Notes: generated from the sequence alone by a model not told the origin. A DNA stretch of 43,028 nt from Sulfurihydrogenibium sp. (GCA_002878035.1 PNIU01000035.1:1-43028), one strand, 5' to 3'; shown: positions 10,297 through 20,973, numbered from the stretch's first letter. A program made the numbers and translations.

Positions 10297-11042
10297 TTTA
10301 AAGCCTCTGGGTCTATGGCTTCAACTTTTATAATACCATGTAAAGAGTTAGACAGAAAGACAAGGTTTGCATCTTTTAAATCTTTAAGGTTAAAACTTCC
10401 CTCTACAACTACAAATCCTTGATTTTTAGCTTCCTCTATTATTTTTTTCCTTGAGATACCTTCCAAAATTCCACACTCAACTGCAGGTGTGTAAAGATAT
10501 CTACCTTTTATCCAAAAGATGTTTGCAGAGGACGTTTCTGTGATACTATCATCTTCGTTTAAAATTATAGCGTCAAAGTAACCTTTTTCTTGAGCGTACC
10601 TTTTAACTAAAATGTTTCTTATGTAGTTTGTGGATTTTATCTTTAAAAGTGGGTCTTTACTATGAACTCTGTAAGGGCTAACTGTAAGTTTTACAGGACC
10701 GCTTATAGGAGTGTAAGGTCTTACAACCACCATCAAATGGCTTTTGTAAGGTAAAAGGGAATAGAAAGAGTTTCCTTCAGATAACAAAATAGTCTTTACG
10801 TATAAGTCTTTATCTTCAAATGATTTAACCGCTTCTTCAACGTAGTAAATGTAGTCTTCTTTCGTAATTGCTGGAATACCTAAAAATTTAGCACCTTTTA
10901 TTAACCTTTCGTAATGGGCATCTATATGTTTTGGCAGCTTTTGAGCGTATCTAAACGTTTCAAAAACACCTTCACCGTACATAATAGGTCTTAAAAGGTT
11001 CGTATCTTTAAACTCTTTTCCATTTAAAAAAACTTTTTCCAT
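10293..11042 (-). CDS. PLP fold-type IV enzyme (4-amino-4-deoxychorismate lyase / branched-chain aminotransferase-like)
   Basis: YGEGVFET, KSTNY (PLP lysine), ETSSANIF, LEGISR, SNS motifs; exact substrate not determinable from sequence. Confidence 0.85.
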   Translation of the reverse strand: MEKVFLNGKEFKDTNLLRPIMYGEGVFETFRYAQKLPKHIDAHYERLIKGAKFLGIPAITKEDYIYYVEEAVKSFEDKDLYVKTILLSEGNSFYSLLPYKSHLMVVVRPYTPISGPVKLTVSPYRVHSKDPLLKIKSTNYIRNILVKRYAQEKGYFDAIILNEDDSITETSSANIFWIKGRYLYTPAVECGILEGISRKKIIEEAKNQGFVVVEGSFNLKDLKDANLVFLSNSLHGIIKVEAIDPEALK

Positions 11043-11131
11043 TTTACAACCTCTCCATAAAATTAACTTTTATTTTACAAGAAAAATCTTCCAAAATACA
11101 ATATTTTTTAGAAAAATCCTATAATATAAAT

Positions 11132-11776
11132 ATGAGAGTTTTAATGGTAGAAGATGACTTAATACTTGGGGAGAGTTTAAAAGACTATCTTGAAAGTAAC
11201 GGTGTAGAGATAAACTGGGTAAAAGATGACAGAAAGTTAGATGAAGCTATCCTTATGTCTGAATACGACGTTATAGTTTTAGACCTGATGTTAAAGTATA
11301 ACAAAGGAGAAGATATACTTAAACAACTTAGAGACAAAGGAATAAAAACTCCTATCTTGATAATGACTGCTAAAAACAGGATAGAAGATAAAGAAGTATG
11401 TTTTAAACTGGGGGCCGATGATTATCTATCGAAACCTTTTAACCCAAAAGAGTTGCTTTTACGTATAAAAGCCCTAAGTAAAAGACTTCATGCACCAGAT
11501 ATAGAGAAGATAGGAAACGTAGAAATAGATTTAGAGAGGCAAGTGATTTTAAAAAACGGTCAAGAGGTAAAAATATCAAAAACCGCATGGAACCTTTTAA
11601 AACTACTTCTCAAAAGAAGAGGAGAAGTTGTTCCAACAGAAGTTATACTAAATTATGTTTGGCCAGATAAGGCTGTAGGAGACGAAATCGTAAGACAGTA
11701 TATAAAAGAACTAAGAAAAATCTTACCAGAAGATAGTATAGAAACCCACAAAGGGATAGGTTACAGACTCAAGTGA
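11132..11776 (+). CDS. OmpR-family two-component response regulator
   Basis: VEDD, LDLML (phospho-Asp), GADDYLSKPF, winged helix ending ETHKGIGYRL. Confidence 0.95.
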   Translation: MRVLMVEDDLILGESLKDYLESNGVEINWVKDDRKLDEAILMSEYDVIVLDLMLKYNKGEDILKQLRDKGIKTPILIMTAKNRIEDKEVCFKLGADDYLSKPFNPKELLLRIKALSKRLHAPDIEKIGNVEIDLERQVILKNGQEVKISKTAWNLLKLLLKRRGEVVPTEVILNYVWPDKAVGDEIVRQYIKELRKILPEDSIETHKGIGYRLK

Positions 11777-12621
11777 AGTTTGAGTTAAAAGTTTTCTTGC
11801 TTGTTATGTTGGTTTTTGTTGTTACACTTTCCGTAATAAATTTTATTAACCTTTACGTAATAAACGAACTTTTAATGAAATACCAACAGGTTTACTCAAA
11901 AGCTTACCCAGATTTTATGTATAAATTCAATCATGATGAGATTTTAGATGATATTAAAAGCAACTACAGTCGCGTTATACTAATCTGGGAAGGTATACTT
12001 GTAGTGCTAACATCGTTTATCCTCTACTTTACGATAGACAACTATCTTAGAAAAGAGAGAAGGTATAAATCGTTTCTTCAAATTTTAATCCTTGCAGTAT
12101 CACATAAGTTTGGAAACAGTTTATCAAGTATAATCACAAACTTAGAAATTCTTAAGGAAAAAGAAGAATCACCTGCAATCAAAAGAATAGAGAAAGTAGT
12201 AAATATACTCTCTCAGGACATTAAAACACTATCTACCACATTTAGACAACTTCCCTTTGAAGATAGAAAAGAAGAGTTTATAAATATAGAAGACGTTTTA
12301 AACAATCTTTTGAAACAGTTTGATAGTGAACGTAAGAAAGTTTTTCTAAGTGTAAAACCTTTGAAAAAATACGCTAATAAAAAAGATTTGGAAATAATCT
12401 TCTACAACCTTTTAGAAAATGCTTTTAAATACTCAAAAAGTTTTGTTCACATTAAAGTTTTAAAGAAGTGTGTAGTGATAAGAAATGATATAAACAAAGA
12501 AGTGGAAGGGGGAAGTGGGTTAGGTATCTTGATAGTTGAAAATTTATGCAGTTTGAACGGGATTAAGTTTAGAAAAAAGGTCTCTGATAAACACTTTACA
12601 GTTATTCTTGATTTTTCCTGA
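11773..12621 (+). CDS. Compact, divergent sensor histidine kinase
   Basis: Two TM helices, atypical H-box SHKFGNSL, N-box NLLENAFKYS, G2 GSGLG; GTGA-coupled to the regulator. Confidence 0.85.
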   Translation: MKFELKVFLLVMLVFVVTLSVINFINLYVINELLMKYQQVYSKAYPDFMYKFNHDEILDDIKSNYSRVILIWEGILVVLTSFILYFTIDNYLRKERRYKSFLQILILAVSHKFGNSLSSIITNLEILKEKEESPAIKRIEKVVNILSQDIKTLSTTFRQLPFEDRKEEFINIEDVLNNLLKQFDSERKKVFLSVKPLKKYANKKDLEIIFYNLLENAFKYSKSFVHIKVLKKCVVIRNDINKEVEGGSGLGILIVENLCSLNGIKFRKKVSDKHFTVILDFS

Positions 12622-12814
12622 TTATCTTGGCTTTTCCTGTTGCTATTTCGTCTATGGCTATAACGGTTTTCTTTAGAGGTATTCCTTCTTCCGTTACGTA
12701 AGTTTCTGCACCAGTTTCGTAAAGTTCAATAGCCAGCTTAGAAGCTGCATGAACTAACTCATACCTACTTTTTACTTTTTTTAAGGCTTGTTCAATTAAA
12801 GGTCTTTGACCCAC
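12602..12814 (-). CDS. rpoZ: RNA polymerase omega subunit
   Basis: SRYELVHAASK...AIDEIATG; follows gmk (conserved pair); GTG start with GGAGG SD. Confidence 0.92.
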   Translation of the reverse strand: MGQRPLIEQALKKVKSRYELVHAASKLAIELYETGAETYVTEEGIPLKKTVIAIDEIATGKAKIIRKNQE

Positions 12815-12847
12815 TTTGAAACCTCCAGAATTTTTAGTAAAAAATAA

Positions 12848-13462
12848 TTATATCATAAGAGATTTTAACTTTTCATCTTTTATCAAACTAAGGTCAAATT
12901 TTTTTGTCCTACACCTTTCTGCAATTATTATGCTTTTTATACTGTCTTTAGCTTCCAGTAGGTTGTCGTTTATGACTATATAATCGTATTCTTTCCAATG
13001 GGGAATCTCTTTTTCGGCAGTTTTTAAACGTTTTTCTATGTCTTCTACACTCTCCCCTCTTAATTTCATTCTGTTTACAAGCTCTTCAATAGAAGGAGGA
13101 ATTATAAAAATTGTTACTACTTCAGGATATATCTGTTTAACCTGTTTCATACCTTGAACGTCTATAACAAGTAAAACATCGTAACCACTTTCTAAAAGTT
13201 CAGAAGTTTCTTTTTTAGGGGTTCCGTAGTAATTCCCATGAACAACGGCGTACTCTAAAAATGCATTTTCTGAAATGAGTTTTTCAAACTCTTCTTTTTT
13301 TAAAAATACGTAGTCTACACCGTCTATCTCATTTTTTCTCTTTTGTCTTGTTGTGTATGTGATAACTCTTCTTAAAAAGTTAAGTTCTTGCAGAAGAAGG
13401 TTAACTATAGTAGTTTTTCCACCACCTGCAGGAGATGATATTACGTAAAGGTTGCCTCTCAT
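12848..13462 (-). CDS. gmk: Guanylate kinase
   Basis: P-loop [31 protein letters not shown]. Confidence 0.97.
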   Translation of the reverse strand: MRGNLYVISSPAGGGKTTIVNLLLQELNFLRRVITYTTRQKRKNEIDGVDYVFLKKEEFEKLISENAFLEYAVVHGNYYGTPKKETSELLESGYDVLLVIDVQGMKQVKQIYPEVVTIFIIPPSIEELVNRMKLRGESVEDIEKRLKTAEKEIPHWKEYDYIVINDNLLEAKDSIKSIIIAERCRTKKFDLSLIKDEKLKSLMI

Positions 13463-14928
13463 CTGACACCTGCGTTCATTATAAGCACAGAAGTAAGTAT
13501 GTTAGAAATTTCCCAGAAGATAGTTGGGTAAATTCCTACTACTAAAACTAAAACTGCTAAAAATCCAACGGTAAATTTTTCCATAGCAGTCAGCTTAAAC
13601 TTGTTGCTGTTTACAGGTTCATACATATACATGTAAGCAACAACCTTTAGGTAGTATCCGGCAGATACTACACTTGTTATAACAAGTATTACGGCAAGCC
13701 ACCATACATTACTTGATATTAAAGCCATAAATACTCCAAACTTACCCATAAATCCAACGGTTGGAGGTATACCGATCATCGAGAACATGTATATAAGCAT
13801 GTATAGAGCCATTATTGGATGTTTTTTAGCTAAACCTTTAAAGTCTTCAAAGTCGTTAGTCCAGTTTCCGTTTTTCTCAAATGCCGATAGAAAGATAAAT
13901 CCTCCCAATGCCATAAATAGGTAAACGATTGAGTAGAATATTAAAGCAGTAAAACCCATTCCGTTTGGAGATGCCAAAGCTGCCAGTATATAACCGCTGT
14001 GGGCTATAGATGAGTAAGCAAGCATTCTTTTAACGTTTTTCTGTTTTAACGCTACAAAGTTTCCTAAAATCATAGAAGCTGCCGCTAAAATAGCCCAACC
14101 GTAAGACCAGATTTGATTGCTGAAAGGAAAAGCCTCAACCATTATCCTTAGTATGGCTGCAAAAATAGCCACTTTTGAAACACTCGCCATAAATCCGGTT
14201 ATAGGGGTTGGAGCAGATTCGTATGCATCTGGAGTCCAAAAGTGGAAAGGAACGGCAGAAGCCTTTAAACCAAGACCTACAAGAAGAAGAACTAATCCGG
14301 CCGTTACTCCAATATCACTGTTATCCTGAATAACGTGGAAAATTCTTGCAAAGTCAAAACTTCCAGTTTTTCCGTAAATTAAAGCTATAGCGTAGCTTAT
14401 TATAGCCGTACCTGCACCACCGATTATAAGGTATTTAAAAGCACCTTCTTTAGACCTGTAGTCCTTTCTCCAAAGACCTACCAAGATGTAGCTGGTAATA
14501 GAAGAAAGTTCAAGACCTATGTAGAAGCTTATCAAGTTTGGAGAAGATACGATTATCATCAATCCAAGTAAAGTAAAGAGTATAAGATAGTAGTACTCTC
14601 CGTAATAAGTTTTTTTACTTTCAACGTAGCTTTGTAAGTTAATTATTGCTAAAATCGTGAATATTACTAAAAAAAACTTAAAAGCCAGAGAAAAACTGTC
14701 TACTATGTATAGACCATAAAGGGTTATAGCTCCTTCGGATATAGTTAACATAGAAAAAGCTGCCAATGCAAGACCTACAACCGTTAAAGCTGATATTAAA
14801 GCTCTACTCTTAATAAAAAGTTCAGCTAAGAAAACTAATATGGCAGTAATTAAAACTATTATCTCTGGAATAAGAACTTTAAAGTTAGGAATACCTAAAC
14901 CTGCAACCAGCTGTTGAACGATAGTCAT
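13459..14928 (-). CDS. nuoN: NADH-quinone oxidoreductase subunit N
   Basis: Antiporter-like polytopic protein with [32 protein letters not shown]; last of the L-M-N trio. Confidence 0.96.
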   Translation of the reverse strand: MTIVQQLVAGLGIPNFKVLIPEIIVLITAILVFLAELFIKSRALISALTVVGLALAAFSMLTISEGAITLYGLYIVDSFSLAFKFFLVIFTILAIINLQSYVESKKTYYGEYYYLILFTLLGLMIIVSSPNLISFYIGLELSSITSYILVGLWRKDYRSKEGAFKYLIIGGAGTAIISYAIALIYGKTGSFDFARIFHVIQDNSDIGVTAGLVLLLVGLGLKASAVPFHFWTPDAYESAPTPITGFMASVSKVAIFAAILRIMVEAFPFSNQIWSYGWAILAAASMILGNFVALKQKNVKRMLAYSSIAHSGYILAALASPNGMGFTALIFYSIVYLFMALGGFIFLSAFEKNGNWTNDFEDFKGLAKKHPIMALYMLIYMFSMIGIPPTVGFMGKFGVFMALISSNVWWLAVILVITSVVSAGYYLKVVAYMYMYEPVNSNKFKLTAMEKFTVGFLAVLVLVVGIYPTIFWEISNILTSVLIMNAGVR

Positions 14929-14931
14929 CGC

Positions 14932-16440
14932 TTACCCTCCTACTATCTTGTGAAGAACAAACTTTGTTGTGTTGCTTATTAGATTTATCCACCAGTTTGG
15001 ATAAAGACCAATTACAAACATGAATACGACAAGTGGTAAGAAAGACCAAAGCTCAGCAGTATTTAAATCCTTTAGCTTAGAATACTCTTCTTTCTTCTCA
15101 GGCGTTAATAACTCTTCTTCAAACATGGTTCTTTTATAAAGCCATAGAGTGTAAGCTGCTCCAACAACCAAACTTAAACCAGCCAATACTGCAGTTAGTA
15201 TACTGACTTTAAACGTTCCTAAAAGTGCTAAAAACTCACCTACAAAACCAGATAATCCAGGTAGTCCTGCTGAAGCCATAGCAGATATCATAAATAACGT
15301 TGCAAAAACTGGAACAAACTTAGCCATTCCACCCAAGTCTTTCATCTCGTATGAATGCAACCTTTCGTAAATGAATCCTGCAGCAAGGAACAAAGCAGCT
15401 GAAGTAAGCCCGTGGGATATCATAGTTATTATAGCTCCGTTTACACCTTCAACGTTTAAAGCAAATGTACCTATCGTTACAAAACCCATATGGGAAACAG
15501 AAGAGTAAGCTATAAGTCTTTTTATGTGTGTTTGAGCGATAGCCATCATAGCCGTGTAAATTATGGCTATAACACCAAGGGTAAACATTACAGGCATAAA
15601 GTACTTTGATGCTTCTGGAAACCAAGGTAGGCTGAATCTTACGAAACCGTAGGTTCCCATTTTAAGTAAAACTGCTGCAAGTATTACGGAACCAGCCGTA
15701 GGAGCTTGAACGTGGGCAGCTGGAAGCCATGTATGGAAAGGCCACATAGGAACTTTAATTGCAAAACCAAGTGCTAAAAGAAGGAAAAAGATAATCTCAA
15801 GGTTATGAGGTAAAGAAAGTTTCAGCAAATCAAAATAACTGGTTGAAAGAATATTGTTTTGAGTGTAGTTGTAAATGTACATACCTATAACACCTATTAG
15901 TAGGAAAAGAGAACCAAAGAATGTGTATATGAAAAACTTTGTAGCTGCGTATATTCTCTCAGAATAACCCCAAACACCTATTATTAAAAACATAGGTATA
16001 AGCATAACTTCCCAGAACACGTAGAAAGCTACCAAGTCCCAAGTTACAAACACACCTATACATGCAGCCTCAAGAACTAAAAACGCTATAAAGTATTCTT
16101 TTATCCTTTTTTCTATGTTCGTGCTCCACACAAAAGCAACTACAAAAGAAAGGGCCGTTAACCAAAACATTGTTAAACTTAAAGCATCAACTCCAACCTC
16201 ATAGCTTATACCAAATTGTGGAATCCATGTGTACTTTTCGTAAAACTGGATTTTATAGCCTGAAGGGTCGTAAGTTAAAAGCATATAAGATGAAATAACA
16301 AACACTACAATAGAAGATAAAATACTGATAGGTTTAGCTAACTTTTCGTTTGATACAAAGACGATAATCGCTGCTATCAACGGTATGAGTATCGATATAC
16401 TTATAAATGGAAAATCTGCGTAAACAAACTGTGGCGTCAT
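14932..16440 (-). CDS. nuoM: NADH-quinone oxidoreductase subunit M
   Basis: FYVFWE, KVPMWPFHTWLPAAHVQAPT, LLKMG, KRLIAYSSVSHMG. Confidence 0.97.
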   Translation of the reverse strand: MTPQFVYADFPFISISILIPLIAAIIVFVSNEKLAKPISILSSIVVFVISSYMLLTYDPSGYKIQFYEKYTWIPQFGISYEVGVDALSLTMFWLTALSFVVAFVWSTNIEKRIKEYFIAFLVLEAACIGVFVTWDLVAFYVFWEVMLIPMFLIIGVWGYSERIYAATKFFIYTFFGSLFLLIGVIGMYIYNYTQNNILSTSYFDLLKLSLPHNLEIIFFLLLALGFAIKVPMWPFHTWLPAAHVQAPTAGSVILAAVLLKMGTYGFVRFSLPWFPEASKYFMPVMFTLGVIAIIYTAMMAIAQTHIKRLIAYSSVSHMGFVTIGTFALNVEGVNGAIITMISHGLTSAALFLAAGFIYERLHSYEMKDLGGMAKFVPVFATLFMISAMASAGLPGLSGFVGEFLALLGTFKVSILTAVLAGLSLVVGAAYTLWLYKRTMFEEELLTPEKKEEYSKLKDLNTAELWSFLPLVVFMFVIGLYPNWWINLISNTTKFVLHKIVGG

Positions 16441-16453
16441 CTCCAGCCTCCTC

Positions 16454-18400
16454 CTACTTTAAAAACAAGAATAGTGATAAGAAAATAACAACACCTATAA
16501 GCATCTGTAATACATAACCGCTTATTCTTCCAAGTTGAGTTTTACCTAAAACTCCACCGGCAAACACAGAACCTTTTCCAGAACCATCGACTATTCCATC
16601 TATGATAACTTTATCACCAACAAACCAAAGGACTTTTGATAGCTTGTAGTAACCGTATACAAAAATCGCATAGTATATATGGTCAAAGTACCATCTGTTG
16701 TAAAACAGTTTGTATATAGGCTGGAACATATCTCCAATTTTTACAGGGTCTATTCTTCTGATTTGATACATTACGTATGCTAAAGTTATTCCGGCTATTG
16801 CCGTAGCTAAAATCAGTATTCCAAGGAAAGAAGTTAGAGAGTGTCCTAAAAAGCTAAACGCGTTTGGTTCTATATGAACGTGATGTGCTCTTGATAATCC
16901 CTCACTGACAAGAGCTTTAACGTCGTTAGGTAAAAACTTCATGTAAGCTGGGTCTAAAGAAGGTTTTAAGAAGTTTATGAAAAACTCTTTAAAGAAACCT
17001 AAAACAACTGTAGCCGTTGCAAGAACGATTAAAGGTATAGTCATGTTAGGTGGAGATTCGTGAACATGCTCCCTTAAGTGTGGGTCTAACCTATCTCCGT
17101 CAAAGAAGGTTAAGAAGAATAATCTAAAAATGTAAAATGCTGTTAAGAAGGCTCCTCCCCAAAGGAATAAAAATACGAACGTGTTTATCTCGTAAGCACC
17201 TTCTATTATAGGGTCTTTACTGAAAAATCCTACGAAAGGTGGTATACCTGCCAGAGCAAGAGCACCAATCAAAAACGTTCCGGTAGTTATAGGCATAGCT
17301 CTTCCAATCTGTCCCATCTTCTGAACGTCCAGTAAGTGATGAAGAGCTATAAGAACGCTACCAGACCCTAAGAATAGTAAAGCTTTAAAAACTGCATGTG
17401 ATGTAAGATGGAACATACCTTCTGAAAACAGTCCTAAACCTTCGGCAGCAAACATATATCCAAGCTGTGATAAAGTCGAATAAGCTATTATTCTCTTTAT
17501 ATCGTTTTGGACAAGACCCATAGTAGCAGCAATGAAAGCCGACATTGTTCCGACAAACATTACAGTATCGAGAGCAATCTCTGAGCTTGCAAAAACAGGC
17601 ATAAGTCTTGCAACCATATAAACACCTGCGGCAACCATCGTAGCAGCGTGAATTAAAGCCGAAACTGGAGTTGGACCTTCCATCGCGTTTGGAAGCCATA
17701 TATGAAGAGGTATTTGAGCAGACTTACCTACGGCACCACCAAAAAGTAGTAAAGCAATAGCTGTAATTATTACGTAATCTACCCCTGCAAGTTTATTAAA
17801 AATTTGTAAGTAATCTAACGTTCCAAACGTAACAAAGGCCAGAAGAATACCAAGTAAAAACAGCCAGTCACCAACTCTGTTAACTACGAAAGATTCCATA
17901 GCAGCGTTAGCCGCAGATTTTTTATAATGCCAAAAACCAATCAGTAGGTAAGATGCTAAACCAACACCTTCCCATCCAAAGAAAAGTTGAACAAGGTTAT
18001 CAGACAGTGTAAGCATAAGCATCATAAAGACAAACAGAGAAAGGTAAGCAAAAAATCTTGGATAAGACTCATCACCTTTCATATAACCAGTAGCAAATAT
18101 AAATATGAATGTAGATACACAAGTTACAACGCAGGTCATCAATGCAGAAAGAGGGTCCCACAGGATACTGACTGAGACGTTGTAATCTCCTATACTAATC
18201 CAGTTGTAGAGTTTTAAATCGTAATAGTTTCCTGTTTTAGCAACATCTATAAACCCAATAATCGAAGCTACCGCAGATATGGCAACACCTATTACGGCAA
18301 CGATACCAGATAAAGGTTCCCTTAAAAACTTGTAACCAAAAAGTCCGATTATGATAAAAGCAATCAGTGGTGAAAAAGGAATTATCCACAAGTACTCCAT
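16454..18400 (-). CDS. nuoL: NADH-quinone oxidoreductase subunit L
   Basis: FFGWEGVG, GKSAQIPLHIWLPNAMEGPTPVSALIHAATMV, HAVFKALLFL, C-terminal amphipathic helix. Confidence 0.97.
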   Translation of the reverse strand: MEYLWIIPFSPLIAFIIIGLFGYKFLREPLSGIVAVIGVAISAVASIIGFIDVAKTGNYYDLKLYNWISIGDYNVSVSILWDPLSALMTCVVTCVSTFIFIFATGYMKGDESYPRFFAYLSLFVFMMLMLTLSDNLVQLFFGWEGVGLASYLLIGFWHYKKSAANAAMESFVVNRVGDWLFLLGILLAFVTFGTLDYLQIFNKLAGVDYVIITAIALLLFGGAVGKSAQIPLHIWLPNAMEGPTPVSALIHAATMVAAGVYMVARLMPVFASSEIALDTVMFVGTMSAFIAATMGLVQNDIKRIIAYSTLSQLGYMFAAEGLGLFSEGMFHLTSHAVFKALLFLGSGSVLIALHHLLDVQKMGQIGRAMPITTGTFLIGALALAGIPPFVGFFSKDPIIEGAYEINTFVFLFLWGGAFLTAFYIFRLFFLTFFDGDRLDPHLREHVHESPPNMTIPLIVLATATVVLGFFKEFFINFLKPSLDPAYMKFLPNDVKALVSEGLSRAHHVHIEPNAFSFLGHSLTSFLGILILATAIAGITLAYVMYQIRRIDPVKIGDMFQPIYKLFYNRWYFDHIYYAIFVYGYYKLSKVLWFVGDKVIIDGIVDGSGKGSVFAGGVLGKTQLGRISGYVLQMLIGVVIFLSLFLFLK

Positions 18401-18404
18401 AGCC

Positions 18405-18707
18405 TTACCCCTTAAGCTCTGTTAGTTTTTCAACGTCAACGTCTTTCTTCATTCTGTAAATAGCCATTATTAATCCAAGTCCTACGGCAGCTTCAGCCGC
18501 GGCTATAGTTAGTATAAAAAATACAAAAACCTGTCCTACAACGTCGTGAAGCTTAAAATCAAAAGCTACAAAAGCTATGTTAACTGCATTTAGCATAAGC
18601 TCCGTTGATATAAGCATGGCTATAACGTTTTTTCTTACTATAACACCTATTAGACCAAGGACCATTAAAAGACCGCTTAATGCTACGTAATACTCGTAAG
18701 GAACCAT
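18405..18707 (-). CDS. nuoK: NADH-quinone oxidoreductase subunit K
   Basis: ELMLNA and IAAAEAAVGL. Start moved from the track's 18728 to ATG 18707, which has a GGAGG SD at about 18714-18720. Confidence 0.95.
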   Translation of the reverse strand: MVPYEYYVALSGLLMVLGLIGVIVRKNVIAMLISTELMLNAVNIAFVAFDFKLHDVVGQVFVFFILTIAAAEAAVGLGLIMAIYRMKKDVDVEKLTELKG

Positions 18708-18708
18708 T

Positions 18709-19239
18709 TTACGCTCCTCCTTCTTCATCTTCTACTATATCTTTTTTGCCAAGTAAAATAGCACCTATCATAGCTACCAAAAGTATCAAAGAAGCAACTT
18801 CAAATGGGAATAGATACTTTGTAAATAGAAGTGTTGCAACGGCTTTTGCGTTTGAAATCTGCTGGAAAATATCAGGAGAAAAGATTCCAGTATTTGAAGC
18901 CCAAAGTCCATAAACAGAAACGTAAGCAAGCTCCAAGAAGAGTATAAAACCAAAAGGAGCCGACAGTAAAGCATACTTAGGGTCTACAGCTTCTCCTTTA
19001 TACTGAGGCACCGTAGATATAACCAAAACGTAAAATACAACGATAGCTACAGCGTAAATAAGTATCTGTAAAGCTCCAACAAGTTCAGCTCCAAGGTTAA
19101 AAAATAGACCAGATATAGCTATCAAAGCAGAAATTAATGAAAGAACTGAGTATACTATGTTTTTAAAGAAAACCACACCTATAGCAGATACAACGGCTAT
19201 GGTTGATAAAATCCAAAAAGCCACAACGCTTAACTCCAT
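18709..19239 (-). CDS. nuoJ: NADH-quinone oxidoreductase subunit J
   Basis: GAELVGALQILIYA and PFEVASLILLVAMIGA; probable start ATG 19239 (track gives 19254). Confidence 0.93.
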   Translation of the reverse strand: MELSVVAFWILSTIAVVSAIGVVFFKNIVYSVLSLISALIAISGLFFNLGAELVGALQILIYAVAIVVFYVLVISTVPQYKGEAVDPKYALLSAPFGFILFLELAYVSVYGLWASNTGIFSPDIFQQISNAKAVATLLFTKYLFPFEVASLILLVAMIGAILLGKKDIVEDEEGGA

Positions 19240-19832
19240 TTTATCTGCCCCCACAACTTGATTCTTTCTTGGTCATCTATCCAAATTCTATCAGGCTCTT
19301 TTAGTCTTCTTCTATCAAAATCTTTTCCTCTTTCACTCATATCGTCCATATGGATAACACATTTTTCCCGTTGGTATTTTGCAGTTTCGTATATATCGGT
19401 CATTATTAAACAGTCTACTGGACAAGCATCTACACAAAGACCACAGTAAAGACAGTTTAGAAGGTTCATATCAAACCTTACTACCTTCTTTTTTCCGTTT
19501 GGTAGTTGGATAGCTTCAATTCTGAAAAGAGATGGTACCGGACAAGCTTGCTGACACATATAGCAAGCCACACATCTACTTTCGCCAGTATTTATATCCA
19601 TAAACTTTTCAAGAACACTGAAAGAAGGTGGTTCATTTCCGTCTTTTACTCTATGGGCATGAGTTCCTCTAAACCTTTTTGGTGGCGTAAGTTTTTCGTA
19701 AGGATACTTTGTAGTAACAGTCCTTTTTATTAAGTTTTTGAAAGTAACTTTTAAACCTTTTATAAAGTCCAAGAAAAACAGCTTTTCTATAAGGTTAAGT
19801 TTTGGTCTTTCTACATACTTTAACTTTACCAT
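19230..19832 (-). CDS. nuoI: NADH-quinone oxidoreductase subunit I (2x[4Fe-4S])
   Basis: T.KYP.E...RFRG, CVACYMCQQACP and CLYCGLCVDACP. Confidence 0.96.
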   Translation of the reverse strand: MVKLKYVERPKLNLIEKLFFLDFIKGLKVTFKNLIKRTVTTKYPYEKLTPPKRFRGTHAHRVKDGNEPPSFSVLEKFMDINTGESRCVACYMCQQACPVPSLFRIEAIQLPNGKKKVVRFDMNLLNCLYCGLCVDACPVDCLIMTDIYETAKYQREKCVIHMDDMSERGKDFDRRRLKEPDRIWIDDQERIKLWGQIKWS

Positions 19833-19835
19833 ACG

Positions 19836-20846
19836 TTAACCTTTTACCATTATTATTATTGCCGTGATAAAGATGTTTAACAAAGAAAGTGGCAGCATAA
19901 CTTTCCATGCTATTTCCGTTATCTGGTCAACTCTGTACCTTGGTAATGTCCAGTGAACCCATAGGAAAAACATAAACATCATAAATACCTTTAAGAAAAA
20001 CCATATAAAAGGAGAGAAGGCTCCAAATATGTGAGGACCTTTCCATCCACCAAAGAATAGAATTACAGCTATCGCACTTAAAACAAACGTTCCTATATAC
20101 CACTCGGCTAAAGGGAATAGTCCGAATTTCATTCCAGAGTATTCTGTGTTGTAACCTGAAACAAGCTCAGCTTCAGCTTCTTGAACGTCAAAAGGTGTTC
20201 TTCCAGTTTCAGCAAGGATTGCAAAAAGAATAACTATAAAAGCTAAAGGTTGATACCATATGAAAGCTCCAAAAAATCCTTCCTGAGCTTGCACTATTTC
20301 TCTTAAAGAGAATGAACCTGCCATCATTATAGGACCTACCATAGCAAAACCAAGGGCAACTTCGTAACCTATCAGGACGGCGGCTTTCCTTAGTCCACCT
20401 ATCATAGGGTATTTACTGTTTGAAGCCCAACCTGCAAAGATTACACCGTAAATACTTATACTACCAAAAGCTAACGCCAATATTAAACCAACGTTTATAT
20501 CTGTAATGTAAGGTTTTATTTCAAAACCAAATATTTTTATAGGGTCTCCAAAAGGAATGACTGCAAGTATCATTATTGCAGGAACGAAAGCCATCAGAGA
20601 AGCAAGGTAAAATAAAACTTTATCGACGTTGTTTGGCACTAAATCTTCTTTAGTCAGAACCTTCAAAGCATCTGCTATAGGTTGAAGTAAACCGTGGAAT
20701 CCTACATGAAGTGGTCCTGGTCTTTGTTGAACGTGTCCTGCAAACTTCCTTTCTATTAGAGTAAGATAAGCGGCCGCAAGAAACATTCCCAATATAAAGA
20801 TGAGAGATTTTACAACCAAAACTACAACTGTAGAAATTATCTCCAT
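19836..20846 (-). CDS. nuoH: NADH-quinone oxidoreductase subunit H
   Basis: ERK...Q.RPGP, GLLQPIADALK, AETGRTPFD..EAE.ELVSGY. ATG 20846 preferred because a GAGG SD lies about 8 nt upstream. Confidence 0.96.
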   Translation of the reverse strand: MEIISTVVVLVVKSLIFILGMFLAAAYLTLIERKFAGHVQQRPGPLHVGFHGLLQPIADALKVLTKEDLVPNNVDKVLFYLASLMAFVPAIMILAVIPFGDPIKIFGFEIKPYITDINVGLILALAFGSISIYGVIFAGWASNSKYPMIGGLRKAAVLIGYEVALGFAMVGPIMMAGSFSLREIVQAQEGFFGAFIWYQPLAFIVILFAILAETGRTPFDVQEAEAELVSGYNTEYSGMKFGLFPLAEWYIGTFVLSAIAVILFFGGWKGPHIFGAFSPFIWFFLKVFMMFMFFLWVHWTLPRYRVDQITEIAWKVMLPLSLLNIFITAIIIMVKG

Positions 20847-20973
20847 CAGCAGCAACCTCTTTTAGGTGTTTTTTTTAATTTAAATTATCTTAACATAACA
20901 CTTAAAAAAATTAAACACTGTTTTATTTGAAATTTGAAAGTCAAAATTCAAAATATTGATAAATCATTAAATT

